64,000 nucleotides of DNA from a virus (IMGVR_UViG_3300043395_003024:81205-145204), one strand, 5' to 3'; positions 36,501 through 44,866 are shown, counted from the stretch's first letter. Notes: generated by a model from the sequence alone, not told the origin. Numbers and translations: made by a program.

Positions 36501-39379
36501 CACAAATGGCAGTCGGAAGAGGAGAGATTGCCGAAAGAGAAGTGGCTATGCGTCCGCTTTCGTCGTGGACAACGAGCAGCACTATGGCCCAGGCTTTTTC
36601 AACATCGCTCGCTGCCGCTAAAAAACCAGGGATAGATGCGCTAGAGGAAGCTCAGGCTGTATTTGATTCAAACGTCCTCATGAAGGCATACATTCCTGTA
36701 GAACAAATATTCTCAAACCCACTAACCGGATTTGGCTGCCTCGGAGAGGACGAGGTTGTAGTGCTTGGTCGTCCAACAAAGACGTTGATGATTACTCCTC
36801 CGGCTAATTTCCTTCCGGAAATGCCATCTGATGGCGAAGGGACGGAAGGTGCTCGCGAAGTCATCCAACAAACACTTGATATTGCTACAAACAGAGACAA
36901 GATTACAAACGCCGCATATAGGGAATTGCGTAGGACGGGATTTGACAAATTCAGCAGTGGTCCAACGCGTAATGATTCAGAAAGACTTTCGTCAGGCGCC
37001 AGACTGTCCCAGGTCACGGAAAAACTACCGATAGAGGGAGAGCTTAGCGTAGCTGAAACGACCGGAGAAACGGAAGGTGGCATATCCAAGATTGCATTTG
37101 GAAAAAGAATTGCCGCAGTACTTGAAAAGACACTTGGAATTACTCTCGATGACTATCAGAGAAAAACAATTCAAGATATAATGCCAAATCTTCTTAAAGC
37201 GCTGAACAAAAGAAGGCTTCAGGAAGTGAAGCCACACCCCGCGTTCAGTGATACAGGAAGACAATTACTAGACTCAATATCGATAAGCATCGCTGCAGAC
37301 GGTATACCCTTCGTGTCGGCTGACCCAATCCCGCAGATAGCGGAACACATACCAAAGAAAATTGATTGGAGAACAGTGGAACTTCCTTCGCGTAGTTCGT
37401 TGCTTCCAATCCTTGACAGGGCAGTGGCCGGTTCGCTGTTGTTTGACGACGAAAAGAAAGAATGGTTAGATGTTTTGGGCAACGCTGTTGCAAGACAAGC
37501 TTCAGTAAATGGTGAATCAGTTCTCCAATATGTAGACGAAGCGGCAAAAGCTAAATTCCCACTTTTGGAAGCTATAGCACCAAAGGGTTATGTACTACCA
37601 TCCGACGCAATAGGGAATAGCGCCCTCCAGCGTGATGTGCTGCCCGGGATATATGGCGAAGCATGGCGTAAACACAGCGAATTTATGATGGAGCTGGCTG
37701 CAAAAGCTGGCGCAGCGATGGGTGACAATTCCCTGTTTGATGGAACGAAAAACAGAAGAGATTCCAGTTCTTTTGTTGAGTCGTACGTCGGAGGAATAGA
37801 GGACCCTATCTACTTCAATATGGGCCTATCTGGAAAGGCGCTTCAGGCCCTCCACGACCTATTCGGACACCTTGGTACTGGCCGCGCATTTGACAGACAC
37901 GGAGAATGGGCAAATGACATTGCCATGATGTCAATGGCGGACCACCCCGACTCTCCGCTATCCGACTTAGAGAAGCTTGCTGTAAAGCATTTGCACTTCC
38001 AGTTATATGCAGCAAGAAGACTTGGACGCTCACGGCGAGATGATTCTGGCGACCCCGGCTTCATACATGCAGTGACGGATACGTTTGGTATAAGGGATGG
38101 CGAGCTCAGGGGGAGGCGGGTTTCGCTTGTTTATGCAGGCGACTTCCGAACGGCAGCCGAGGAGATGGAGAGGGTCTCGATTAACAACAAGCTGTCATCA
38201 GGCAGAAAGAAAATTCAAGATGCGTCAAAAGACGATATAGAGCTAGCCGTAGCCCAGGACATTATCGGCCATAGTGAATCACGAGCCAGGCGATTCAAGC
38301 CAAGCAAATCAACTCGCTTATCTTCTGGGAAGGTTATTAAATATAACCTGATTGAAGCGCGCATGAAGGCCAGCGATATGAGGATTACTTTCAATCGTGA
38401 CCCGGAGAGAGTTGCCGCGGTGAAAGCAACGCTCACCAAGGGCTTTATGGGCGGCTTTACCGTCGAAGTCGACAGGATGGATGACATAAAAGAAGGTATA
38501 GCCATAGCCAGAAATAAGCACGGCATGAAAGTTGACGCCGTAGCAGATTTTGACGCTGAAGGTAATCCGTCTGACGAGCTAGTAGAAACCTTCTTGTCAT
38601 GGATGGACTTCCATGGGCCTAAAACGTTTGCAAACCCAAAGCAGGGGGCAGACAAAACAACAATCGGCGGATGGGTTTCCGATGGGACAGTCTACCTTGA
38701 TGTTGTTGACGTTTATCCAAACAATGAAGAGAACCTTTCCAGGGCTGCCGACATGGGGCTCCAGGAAGACCAAATAGCCGTAACCGACCTGAACAAGCTT
38801 TGGGAATTGCTTGGACGAAATGAAGACCCAAGCCCTGCATTTATTGACTCTGGTGGCACTGGTGGATTCACCCTAGACGAGGAGTCGGTAAGAAAAGTTA
38901 GTGCCGCACTGAGCGAACTTAAGTCAAACAAGTTCAATACTGGCTCTTCGCATCTCAAACGAATTGGTAACACCAGGAAATTTACCGAGGGCCCAATAAC
39001 TGGAGCTCGTAGGGTCAGGAATACAGATTTATCCACAGGTGAAACCAATGATTACTGGGTAATTTCCGGAGCGGACGGAATGGTAAAAGTATTTACGCAT
39101 GAACAGTACATCAAGGTAAGGGACGGAAAAATACAGGGCCTATTTGACAAAATGTCAAATCCTTCTGACATTCTCAGAAGCATGTTCGAGGCTGAGAAGT
39201 TGAAGCCAGCGGCCACGATGTCTTTCGGAAGTAGGCGTACGGTTGGCAAGCCGACGATATCCAAGGAGCATAAGGGTCGCGGTCTGGCTGCGGCGATGGC
39301 AAATCTATATGGATTTGCAAATGGCCTAAATAATGTCGGAGTTCAAATGGGCGACAAGGTTGTCGCGGCTATGGCGTGA
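30533..39379 (+). CDS. Giant multidomain protein, 2948 aa: GNAT, ADP-ribosyltransferase, DEDDh exonuclease, HExxH zincin, second ART-like, HDxxGH domain and C-terminal domain, separated by 10 (L/F)SSG motifs
   Basis: QGQGIGS; LYRS..GFQSFT..EHEVLLP; FFDYETTG..NATFD..HNADSD; HEYGH..EAIAE; VWRG..LSSWTT..EDEVVV; HDLFGH; own TGGTATTAT promoter-like site at 30516. Confidence 0.82.
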   Translation: MSADNQEFHIPFEESRRGANSSPEKKAALGRLGRYLGSRAIDRPRIGDGHRDRRRGRDHGLNIDLPTGGRPGNRRPTGSRLDPDNDGWADEGTTKPVWVGIGGAENRNTRASGTRMAEEPDTSRTLSSGKKYQEIVDSQPPVSDEKKKLASEFIDDIKQGEFLKEDVYEEEKGPRPPRPPGMPEPKPLMVIQDNEDRKLEKQRVRDLLAELFKGEMTLDEDIIITTDDGKKINIGNRVLIDIAPSSDSKYSTSVKVHKANDADIADAKELYGDTFEPGDMLTEVQLGFLVRPLPEYEKELIESLTDENKKSFLSYEDGRLSLARAYRTYINVSNDEKNLGLISHDSFYVLGMAQGQGIGSAFNARNEKLYNELDVASIYTHGHSGKGARGAVHWPKNGFTWAGENDKQKFLSIIDKAITEQPEIFSAEDKKKISSLYRKNPDTGLFETEATAEELVDFPAAYEVFADEEAQIMYSRPLKQLAVASSGRLSSGSTKRSSRGVHVSELYDGDYGTWEEGALLTPESLYRLISRVFEKNDIDASLPKYDGALEKITEYKDFGSVINDSLRLGYTFDDPRSPNLYEYASMQRLLMDNRITAGITLYRSIANTPEIASLKEGDTFGDRGFQSFTVMAPGQYSGMGDKRPIVLRLLTTKNTRGRYISRRPNDYNLENFDTRKPLDERYFGINEHEVLLPAGATYKLVKKTQTDDGREIWDVKLSGQGKLSSGAKEVALDNVDSNTLSSGKPPRHPRTPTLGAFIGTADEEFADIKSWDEFKKLYDDKEVIFFDYETTGLVFDEFGKEISKGAPVQFGAVKIKNGKEVERINLFMNPGEPLGEWSRNNLKDKDGNPLTDEWLGSQISIDEAHKQLIEFAGPEAIFGVQNATFDKGVLDGVLEQMGEKWRPSGYLDTREIASLTLPKWTPETDDGPFMLDKEGNKKPSSSLAAITEYLGVNLGDGHHNADSDAFATSQVMRRIIDGAIEKNWPTDALNKQKRDSLHKQTVDKFNEEVAQFEKDKASYFESLSSNSESLSSGRNRPVIQIKPTQEQKPTEPGKRAVKGYGQPDASGKEVRRTNTKWLAGMTPDEIAQVVVPTSDEQRFEMWADDIAGDTWRTNRKWRKFLEKYYSELGKADNSLPIDYSPESVKAAQDLVRGLLESSPQMRWMFENHGAPLITVFSREAVDAYENNGDMKQRMEQLRIQRGVEKTPFVSGLAVREYGLIGFTPRAIIDRESLTTSEKGVYPISLNPDRLPEPRDAHMDRSLEGTLVHEYGHWLHYRAIWDTETNGASGKARSYYGNGDLRDPKYTAALDVAEEYANPDTDNEAIEIYTQFVDLTGRDAEEMFRANPDKALTATSYGNVNKREAIAEAFVAIMHPNREMAKRALSKKLRDDIYTLAGVDKDDLPWDRRADGRPTIRLSSGATQKPEREKRRGRMARALRQLIGGDEAAEEPEKTQEPYTFEAPERPEGLASFATGPSERLRASLPIPSEEDLTAELEHDVRAMILDPVIEGLSTLDVTGFGVSMFSSEEDRKASSSAKRMIASNIAETAKIEPREFIKSFSEESIKESGLDLAAQRRFFHAAANFRALKGIFDAVDNLPENATEEERRAAGRFAIDRSSGAVVSVEKHDKIIQKRFWFDEIIDELEKRSYEDLFGDKWNELTNIALGDEKSILTPYLITRLGGDEIKKDMLNFGLQIRTMFNDLIAEMKGANGADRKDPLTGRPLKDGDGLALMFSPMGEIDPRTGKPGMALISKGGSISDQYARDFKSLIRDGKIVPELERTDEQHKAYDRLYVNYGAKDDYLERVAAAGLFVVDATNVDSPETKELLKNFLINRLRFIAGNAEDYKARYEYKSGISFFDINSPEGIREARLAIVSDIIHTWAISSNNSNPVAMAIQHEARKMFGLDDAVGWYGGVRGKRNDILYDSAIPIERRSEFGDLAFDDTPELSEKQSEVIRSVVKAIYDATQHYYKSKGITHLGVWRGMKATPQMAVGRGEIAEREVAMRPLSSWTTSSTMAQAFSTSLAAAKKPGIDALEEAQAVFDSNVLMKAYIPVEQIFSNPLTGFGCLGEDEVVVLGRPTKTLMITPPANFLPEMPSDGEGTEGAREVIQQTLDIATNRDKITNAAYRELRRTGFDKFSSGPTRNDSERLSSGARLSQVTEKLPIEGELSVAETTGETEGGISKIAFGKRIAAVLEKTLGITLDDYQRKTIQDIMPNLLKALNKRRLQEVKPHPAFSDTGRQLLDSISISIAADGIPFVSADPIPQIAEHIPKKIDWRTVELPSRSSLLPILDRAVAGSLLFDDEKKEWLDVLGNAVARQASVNGESVLQYVDEAAKAKFPLLEAIAPKGYVLPSDAIGNSALQRDVLPGIYGEAWRKHSEFMMELAAKAGAAMGDNSLFDGTKNRRDSSSFVESYVGGIEDPIYFNMGLSGKALQALHDLFGHLGTGRAFDRHGEWANDIAMMSMADHPDSPLSDLEKLAVKHLHFQLYAARRLGRSRRDDSGDPGFIHAVTDTFGIRDGELRGRRVSLVYAGDFRTAAEEMERVSINNKLSSGRKKIQDASKDDIELAVAQDIIGHSESRARRFKPSKSTRLSSGKVIKYNLIEARMKASDMRITFNRDPERVAAVKATLTKGFMGGFTVEVDRMDDIKEGIAIARNKHGMKVDAVADFDAEGNPSDELVETFLSWMDFHGPKTFANPKQGADKTTIGGWVSDGTVYLDVVDVYPNNEENLSRAADMGLQEDQIAVTDLNKLWELLGRNEDPSPAFIDSGGTGGFTLDEESVRKVSAALSELKSNKFNTGSSHLKRIGNTRKFTEGPITGARRVRNTDLSTGETNDYWVISGADGMVKVFTHEQYIKVRDGKIQGLFDKMSNPSDILRSMFEAEKLKPAATMSFGSRRTVGKPTISKEHKGRGLAAAMANLYGFANGLNNVGVQMGDKVVAAMA

Positions 39380-39645
39380 GGTTAAAGACAATGGCTGAAC
39401 TAATGATTATTGATGATTCACAGGAAAACTGCGATTTTACGAAATTTAGGCAATTGGACATTCCCGGGGTTAGCAACATCTACCAGCTCATGGAGCGTGC
39501 TGGTGTTGAGTATCAGGCGGAAGACGGCGACGAGCAGGTTGTGCGTTTTGCCGAATCTCATCCATGGGTTGACAACATGAACCTAGAGACAGCATGGATA
39601 ATTAATAGCGCCCGCAAGCGGGTAGAGAAGAAAAACAAACCATGA
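39376..39645 (+). CDS. Hypothetical protein
   Basis: Coupled to the giant gene; start 39376 or 39391. Confidence 0.6.
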   Translation: MRLKTMAELMIIDDSQENCDFTKFRQLDIPGVSNIYQLMERAGVEYQAEDGDEQVVRFAESHPWVDNMNLETAWIINSARKRVEKKNKP

Positions 39646-40139
39646 GAGAATATAAAAACTCCATAGAGTCCCCGGCGTGGGTAGAAGATTCGATTATCAA
39701 GTTTGTTGAAGACGCGCCGGGCATGCTTGAGAAGACGGCAAAAATGTCTTATACAAAGCCAGAGCTGCGCGAGAAAATCAAGAATCGTATTATGGCTGGT
39801 TCGCGTGGCGGGAAACCGGGGCAGTGGAGCGCGCGCAAGGCCCAGCTCGTTGCCATGGAATACCGCAAGGCTGGCGGTGGGTACAGGGGCAAGCCGAAGA
39901 AGGCCCAGCGCTCACTGAAGAAGTGGACAAGAGAAAAATGGACTACATCCGATGGAAAACCGGCAATCAGAAAGGGCGGCACGCGGAGATATTTGCCAGC
40001 AAAAGCATGGTCAAAGCTGACACCAGCGCAAAGAGCCGCCACTAATCGTAAGAAGGTAATAGGAAGCCGCAAGGGCAGGCAGTTTGTAGCGAATACAGAA
40101 TCTGCGGCCAGTGCCGGGAAAAAAGTTAGAAATAGCTAA
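39642..40139 (+). CDS. Basic phage protein (DUF5872-like)
   Basis: YTKPELRE..GGKPGQWSARKAQL..GGGY..SLKKWT.EKW. Confidence 0.75.
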   Translation: MREYKNSIESPAWVEDSIIKFVEDAPGMLEKTAKMSYTKPELREKIKNRIMAGSRGGKPGQWSARKAQLVAMEYRKAGGGYRGKPKKAQRSLKKWTREKWTTSDGKPAIRKGGTRRYLPAKAWSKLTPAQRAATNRKKVIGSRKGRQFVANTESAASAGKKVRNS

Positions 40140-40151
40140 AGGACGATTATA

Positions 40152-40337
40152 ATGTCATCACGTTTTGATGAAGACGACGACGAGTATTTAGAGCTTCTGG
40201 CCGAATACGAGCGATATATCCAGCACAGCCCTGGGGCATACGAGGACTTCGACGACTGGCTTGAAGTAGAGTATGGTAACTCACGACGCAAAGCCCTGAA
40301 GAGGAACGTGCGGCGCTCTAAAGAGAAGGACTTTTAG
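40152..40337 (+). CDS. Small hypothetical protein
   Basis: 61 aa, AAGGA RBS. Confidence 0.6.
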   Translation: MSSRFDEDDDEYLELLAEYERYIQHSPGAYEDFDDWLEVEYGNSRRKALKRNVRRSKEKDF

Positions 40338-40338
40338 T

Positions 40339-40539
40339 ATGACATTCCCGGGATTCGATGGAGATATACGTCTTCTGGCAGACATTGCTGCAGTTGACCA
40401 AAAGCGAAATATTCAGGGAGAAGAGCGCGCCCTGGACTTGGTCGCCGCATACGAGCACATGCGTCGCAACATGCGCTACAAGACTGGAGAAAAGGTATTC
40501 CCTGAATTAGAAGACGAGGCTCAGGATGACGGAGAATAG
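40339..40539 (+). CDS. Small hypothetical protein
   Basis: 66 aa, tightly packed. Confidence 0.55.
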   Translation: MTFPGFDGDIRLLADIAAVDQKRNIQGEERALDLVAAYEHMRRNMRYKTGEKVFPELEDEAQDDGE

Positions 40540-40675
40540 ACTTCCCCGAGTGCGACCAATTCCCGACGACATCTTCAACAAATCTGATGAAGAGCGCCGG
40601 GAATGGGCCAAGAGTTTTCTTCGTGATTTCATTCGCCCTGGAGAAACCAAGGACGAACCGCCAACCGAGGACTAA
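40526..40675 (+). CDS. Small hypothetical protein, 49 aa
   Basis: Manual translation MTENRLPRVRPIPDD...; fills the gap. Confidence 0.45.
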   Translation: MTENRLPRVRPIPDDIFNKSDEERREWAKSFLRDFIRPGETKDEPPTED

Positions 40676-40923
40676 GACTTACGAGTCTTCTTTGTCTTCG
40701 GAGCTGCTGTTGTCGCTGACTGCTCCTTGATGAGGTCGTTCATTTCCGTCTCGTAGATTTCGTTGAACTCATCAGCGTGACGAGCCTTGAGAACTAGATG
40801 GGCACGGCGACGAGCCTCTTGGCGAAGCGAGTTGCGAAGCTGCGAAGCAGCCTTTTGCTCAGGGCTATGACGAGGGCGACCTCGATTGATTCCCTTTTCG
40901 CGAAGCTTGTTGTATTCCGACAT
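40672..40923 (-). CDS. Small basic protein (RGRPR AT-hook-like)
   Basis: 83 aa, GGGGAG RBS. Confidence 0.7.
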   Translation of the reverse strand: MSEYNKLREKGINRGRPRHSPEQKAASQLRNSLRQEARRRAHLVLKARHADEFNEIYETEMNDLIKEQSATTAAPKTKKTRKS

Positions 40924-41053
40924 TTCTATCTCCCCGTTTATAAGTAGGTGAATGGGTTGAGCAAATCATAAGGCACTGTTTTTTGTTTGGCAACACTTTC
41001 GCAGAGATTTTTTTGAGATATTTTTTTCTTCAAAAATCACCCCCAAAATGCAG

Positions 41054-41089
41054 AAAACCCGGCCATTCTGGGTTTCCCCAGGGGCCGGG
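41054..41089 (-). terminator. Intrinsic terminator after ssb
   Basis: CCCGGCC/GGCCGGG plus CTGGG/CCCAG stems, then TTTT on the minus strand. Confidence 0.6.
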
Positions 41090-41139
41090 CCTGCTGTCCG
41101 TCTAGGCCTCTCAGGGCCTATTTAACGGCTATTTCGTTC

Positions 41140-41622
41140 TCAGAACGGCTCGTCTGCCTCTGGGTCTTCCAGCATCCCGCCGCCGGCAGGAACCTTTGCG
41201 GTGCTCGGACGGGCACGGCGCGGCTGAGCCGAACCGCCGCGGTTAGCCCCACCATCTGAGTTTTCGCTGCGCTGGCGACGCTCGATTGACTCCAGTGACT
41301 TTGTTGAGATTGCAACATCCTCTGCGACTAGCTCGACAATGGAGCGCTTAACGCCTTCCTTGTCCTCGTAGCTGCGCTGCTCGAGGCGCCCGTACACGAC
41401 AACTCCAATTCCCTTTTCAAGGGTGCGGGCGGAGTTCTCTGCGAGGTACCGCCATGCAGTCACGTTGAAGTAGCTGGTCTTTTCCTGCTTCTCATTGTTT
41501 GCGTCATACCAGATGTGGGTATTTGCAACGGAGAAGCTGAGCTTTGCTTGCCCGTTAGTTGTGTAGGTGAGTTCGGGGTCTGCTGTCAGATTCCCGATGA
41601 TTGTCACTGGTGACAGGTTCAT
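41140..41622 (-). CDS. ssb: Single-stranded DNA-binding protein
   Basis: IIGNLTADPEL, VTAWRYLAEN, GRLEQRSYE, acidic DEPF tail. Confidence 0.95.
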   Translation of the reverse strand: MNLSPVTIIGNLTADPELTYTTNGQAKLSFSVANTHIWYDANNEKQEKTSYFNVTAWRYLAENSARTLEKGIGVVVYGRLEQRSYEDKEGVKRSIVELVAEDVAISTKSLESIERRQRSENSDGGANRGGSAQPRRARPSTAKVPAGGGMLEDPEADEPF

Positions 41623-41695
41623 TGGTTTGTCTCTTTTCTCTTAAGAATGCCATAAGGCATGACCAGACTACATGGTCAGTGCTAGTGTGTCAACC

Positions 41696-41941
41696 ATGAC
41701 AAAGCAGAGCTCGGCAGAACTAAAACTTTCCATAAACGAATTAATAGCAAACACAATTTATAACTTTTTAGATAATGAAAACGCCAGCCCTGAAGACGAT
41801 AGGGAAAACAGGCTCGCTACAGAAGACGCCGCTGACAGCATCCTGGGAATTATCGGATTAACCGTTAACGATGGACCAAACGAAAATGGCGAAATCGAAG
41901 CCACTCTTACTAAGGCCATTCCCCATGAGTTCCGCATTTGA
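41696..41941 (+). CDS. Hypothetical protein
   Basis: Leaderless: TGC-TAGTGT-7 nt-ATG. Confidence 0.6.
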   Translation: MTKQSSAELKLSINELIANTIYNFLDNENASPEDDRENRLATEDAADSILGIIGLTVNDGPNENGEIEATLTKAIPHEFRI

Positions 41942-42374
41942 TATACCGGCACGGAAATTTGATTTCCAAGCAGACCTAGAATTTGGCAAGCAAAGCGAAA
42001 AAGATATATCCGGCTTCCTAGACGACCTATCTGATGGTGCGTTCGAAGTCAAAACAGACCGATACAGAAATGGTCGAATGGTAGTTGAGACAGACCAAAA
42101 CCCGCGAGGAATGCGCGACGAGGATGGACAGCGGGTCTGGACAAAGAGCGGGATAAACGTGACGGAAGCCAAGTGGTGGGTTTACGTTTTCTCACCGGCT
42201 CAGGGTTTTGTAATCGTAGATGTCAGACGCCTTAAGAGGTACCTACGCTTCAACAAAGATAAATTTAATGAGAGCACAAAAATATCACTCGGCGGAGAAG
42301 ACAATCCAGCCAGGGGGTTTTTGCTCATGGCCGACGACGTGAAAGACTTGCTTACTAACGAACTTTATGACTAG
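41925..42374 (+). CDS. PD-(D/E)XK-like nuclease
   Basis: FEVKTDR..GRMVVE..SGINVTEAKWW. Confidence 0.6.
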   Translation: MSSAFDIPARKFDFQADLEFGKQSEKDISGFLDDLSDGAFEVKTDRYRNGRMVVETDQNPRGMRDEDGQRVWTKSGINVTEAKWWVYVFSPAQGFVIVDVRRLKRYLRFNKDKFNESTKISLGGEDNPARGFLLMADDVKDLLTNELYD

Positions 42375-42415
42375 AGTAAATAGATAACTAAACCAACAAC
42401 TAAACGGGAGGGAAA

Positions 42416-42847
42416 ATGCAGACGTTCGTACCGTCTACAGATATTTACGAATGTGGCCACGTGCTAGACAGGGCACGGCTTGGAAAACAGCGAGTTGAAA
42501 CATTGCAGTTGATTCGCTGCAATCTCGACGTGACCCTCGGGTGGAAAAATCACCCTGCAGCAAAGATGTGGGCAGACAACGTAAACGGTCTTATTGCCTA
42601 TGGAATTACCATGTGCGACATTTGGATTGCGCGCGGCTATAAGGATACGTGCCGAGAGAAGATGCTTTCATACGGCGAGCCGGACTTCGAAGACATGCCT
42701 TTATGGTGGGGAGATGAAAGAGTTCATTCTTCACACAGGGCTAACTTGTTGCGTAAAGACATCGTCCACTATTCACAGTTTGGTTGGACAGAAAATCCAG
42801 AGACACCGTATTTCTGGCCTACTGAAGATGTAGTATCTGCGCTATGA
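42416..42847 (+). CDS. Pyrimidine-dimer DNA glycosylase/endonuclease V-like (MSMEG_6728 family)
   Basis: MQTFVP..LDRARLGKQRVE..GWKNHPA..MW..HSSHRANLLRKD. Confidence 0.85.
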   Translation: MQTFVPSTDIYECGHVLDRARLGKQRVETLQLIRCNLDVTLGWKNHPAAKMWADNVNGLIAYGITMCDIWIARGYKDTCREKMLSYGEPDFEDMPLWWGDERVHSSHRANLLRKDIVHYSQFGWTENPETPYFWPTEDVVSAL

Positions 42848-43173
42848 CAATAGAACTAACAGCAGATACTTACGACGAGTTCGTCAACAGTTCAGAAGTT
42901 CCCGTAATTGTGGATTTCTGGGCACCATGGTGTGGTCCATGCAAGATGATTGCACCAATTATTGATGAACTATCCGTGGAGATGGAGGGCGAAGTAGCAT
43001 TTGCAAAGCTCAACATTGAGGAGTTCCCGGAATTCGGCATCAAGTACGACATCAAGTCAATACCTGCGCTAGTCGTCCTCAAGAATGGCTCATACATGGG
43101 CCGAGTTGCCACAGCAAGTGGATTCCAGAAAGGCCGCCTCACCGAGAACATTCGAATAGCCATCGCCGACTAG
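42844..43173 (+). CDS. trxA: Thioredoxin
   Basis: DFWAPWCGPCK, IKSIP. Confidence 0.93.
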   Translation: MTIELTADTYDEFVNSSEVPVIVDFWAPWCGPCKMIAPIIDELSVEMEGEVAFAKLNIEEFPEFGIKYDIKSIPALVVLKNGSYMGRVATASGFQKGRLTENIRIAIAD

Positions 43174-43193
43174 GCATTTCATAGTCAGCGATG

Positions 43194-43269
43194 GCTGGAG
43201 TATCGGCTCACTCTTATAAAGTGTAGAAACCGTAGCGGTGACACGCGGGTTCAAATCCCGCCTCCAGCA
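43194..43269 (+). tRNA. Atypical tRNA-like gene, anticodon TAT (Ile), D-arm absent
   Basis: Perfect acceptor stem GCTGGAG/CTCCAGC, T-arm GCGGG-TTCAAAT-CCCGC, anticodon arm CACT-CTTATAA-AGTG. Confidence 0.6.
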
Positions 43270-43274
43270 CTTTT

Positions 43275-43433
43275 ATGAACGATAAGAATCAATATAAAAA
43301 AGTAGTACTACATCTTTCGCCAGAAATGGTCGAAAGGATGGAGCGTGCGTCCGCAAAGAATAAACTTTCGTTTGGCTCGATAGTGAGAGAAGCGGTAAAG
43401 CGGTATTTAGATGAGTCAGAAAAGGGCAAATAA
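43275..43433 (+). CDS. CopG/RHH DNA-binding protein, 52 aa
   Basis: Manual translation: KVVLHLSPEMVERMERAS..SFGSIVREAVKRYL. Confidence 0.65.
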   Translation: MNDKNQYKKVVLHLSPEMVERMERASAKNKLSFGSIVREAVKRYLDESEKGK

Positions 43434-43435
43434 AC

Positions 43436-43648
43436 ATGAGTCATAGCGACTCTGTCAAGAAATCTCTTCTAAAAACTACGACATGGTATTTCTCTGACCT
43501 CATCCTTACGTTTGCAATCGCATTTGCCGTAACGCGTAATGTGCGCTCATCGATTGCTATTGGAGTTGCTCAACAGACGTGGGAGCTTCTTTTGTATTTC
43601 GTACACGAAAGAATTTGGGTAAGATTCTCAAAACACAGGGGCGCTTAG
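43436..43648 (+). CDS. DUF2061-like small membrane protein
   Basis: SLLKTTTW..YFVHERIW. Confidence 0.7.
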   Translation: MSHSDSVKKSLLKTTTWYFSDLILTFAIAFAVTRNVRSSIAIGVAQQTWELLLYFVHERIWVRFSKHRGA

Positions 43649-43710
43649 CTCAGCGGTAGAGCAACTCGTTTACACCGAGTAGGCCGGGGGTTCGAGACCC
43701 TCAGCGCCCA
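43639..43710 (+). tRNA. tRNA-Val(TAC)
   Basis: Cloverleaf, ACTCG-TTTACAC-CGAGT. Confidence 0.92.
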
Positions 43711-43804
43711 CAAAATGAAAGGACAATATATGACCGTACTCTTGATACTTTGCCTAATAGCAACATTCGGAGTCCTTGACTACATGTTTGGGGATTAGCC
43801 GCAC

Positions 43805-43963
43805 ATGGAAGACGAATGGGATTGTGATACCCCAAGGCCAACCGGGTTTACCTATCACATGAACGTCACAGTATGTGATGAGTGCGGATTAAAATTTCCG
43901 TACTATGACTGTTACTGCGAGTTGGAACATGAATGCGAAAAGGGTAAATACCTCAATGCCTAA
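43805..43963 (+). CDS. Small Cys-rich protein, 52 aa
   Basis: Manual translation; CDECG..DCYC. Confidence 0.45.
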   Translation: MEDEWDCDTPRPTGFTYHMNVTVCDECGLKFPYYDCYCELEHECEKGKYLNA

Positions 43964-44032
43964 GTTCTCACAAAATGAGAATTTAATTTCACATTGTGGA
44001 TAATCGCGGTAATATTTGACACAATAAATCTA

Positions 44033-44105
<73 letters not shown>

Positions 44106-44145
44106 CTATAGTTGCGAAAGCAACTCTTAAAAGAAAGCAAAGTAA

Positions 44146-44541
44146 ATGAAGAAACTAGCGATTACCGCAATTGTGTTGACGGCAGCATCACTATCAGCAT
44201 GCGGAACACGTACTATCGTCGTAGAGAAGGCAGTACCCGATACTGTTGCCGCCACTCAGCAAACAGCAGCTCCAAAGCCTATTGACAGGGAAGAGCAGTT
44301 TCTCAATAACGTTGCAGCCGACTATCCAGCAGAGGTGACACGTCTTGGGAAGGTTGGCGTTCTGAAGATGGGGCGCCTTACGTGTGACGCAATCGATGAG
44401 GGCTCGACACTTGCAGACTTTGTCAATATGGCCCAATCTAGCGGTGTTGACTCCGGCTTTATCGGTACGCTAATTCGCGAAGCAGTGCATAACTTCTGCC
44501 CAGAAAACCAGTGGTTTATTGACTCTGCCCTCAACGCCTAA
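44146..44541 (+). CDS. DUF732-like lipoprotein
   Basis: Lipobox LSAC; FL..G..TCDAIDEG..NFCP. Confidence 0.75.
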   Translation: MKKLAITAIVLTAASLSACGTRTIVVEKAVPDTVAATQQTAAPKPIDREEQFLNNVAADYPAEVTRLGKVGVLKMGRLTCDAIDEGSTLADFVNMAQSSGVDSGFIGTLIREAVHNFCPENQWFIDSALNA

Positions 44542-44586
44542 TACCGGCAAAACGTGTAACATCTACCTACCGTGTGAAGGTAGTTT

Positions 44587-44673
44587 GGAAGAGTGGCAGA
44601 GCGGCCGAATGCACCTGTCTTGAAAACAGGAGTGGGTTTGCGCCCACCGGGGGTTCAAATCCCTCCTCTTCCG
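44587..44673 (+). tRNA. tRNA-Ser(TGA)
   Basis: CCTGT-CTTGAAA-ACAGG, long variable arm, G73. Confidence 0.93.
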
Positions 44674-44698
44674 CTGAATGGTGTAGTATTTGGCTACC

Positions 44699-44866
44699 AT
44701 GGAAACGCACGAAGCTCTTGCTGAGCGCATAATAAAAATGCAACAAGAGATAAATCAATGGCGAGATATCGCGTACCGGTTAACAATGCCGCATCATGAT
44801 GACAATTGCGAATTTGCCGCTCAATGCTCTTATTGCTTAGCAATACAAAAAGCCTCTAAACGGTAA
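44699..44866 (+). CDS. Small hypothetical protein, 55 aa
   Basis: Manual translation METHEALAERII... Confidence 0.45.
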   Translation: METHEALAERIIKMQQEINQWRDIAYRLTMPHHDDNCEFAAQCSYCLAIQKASKR

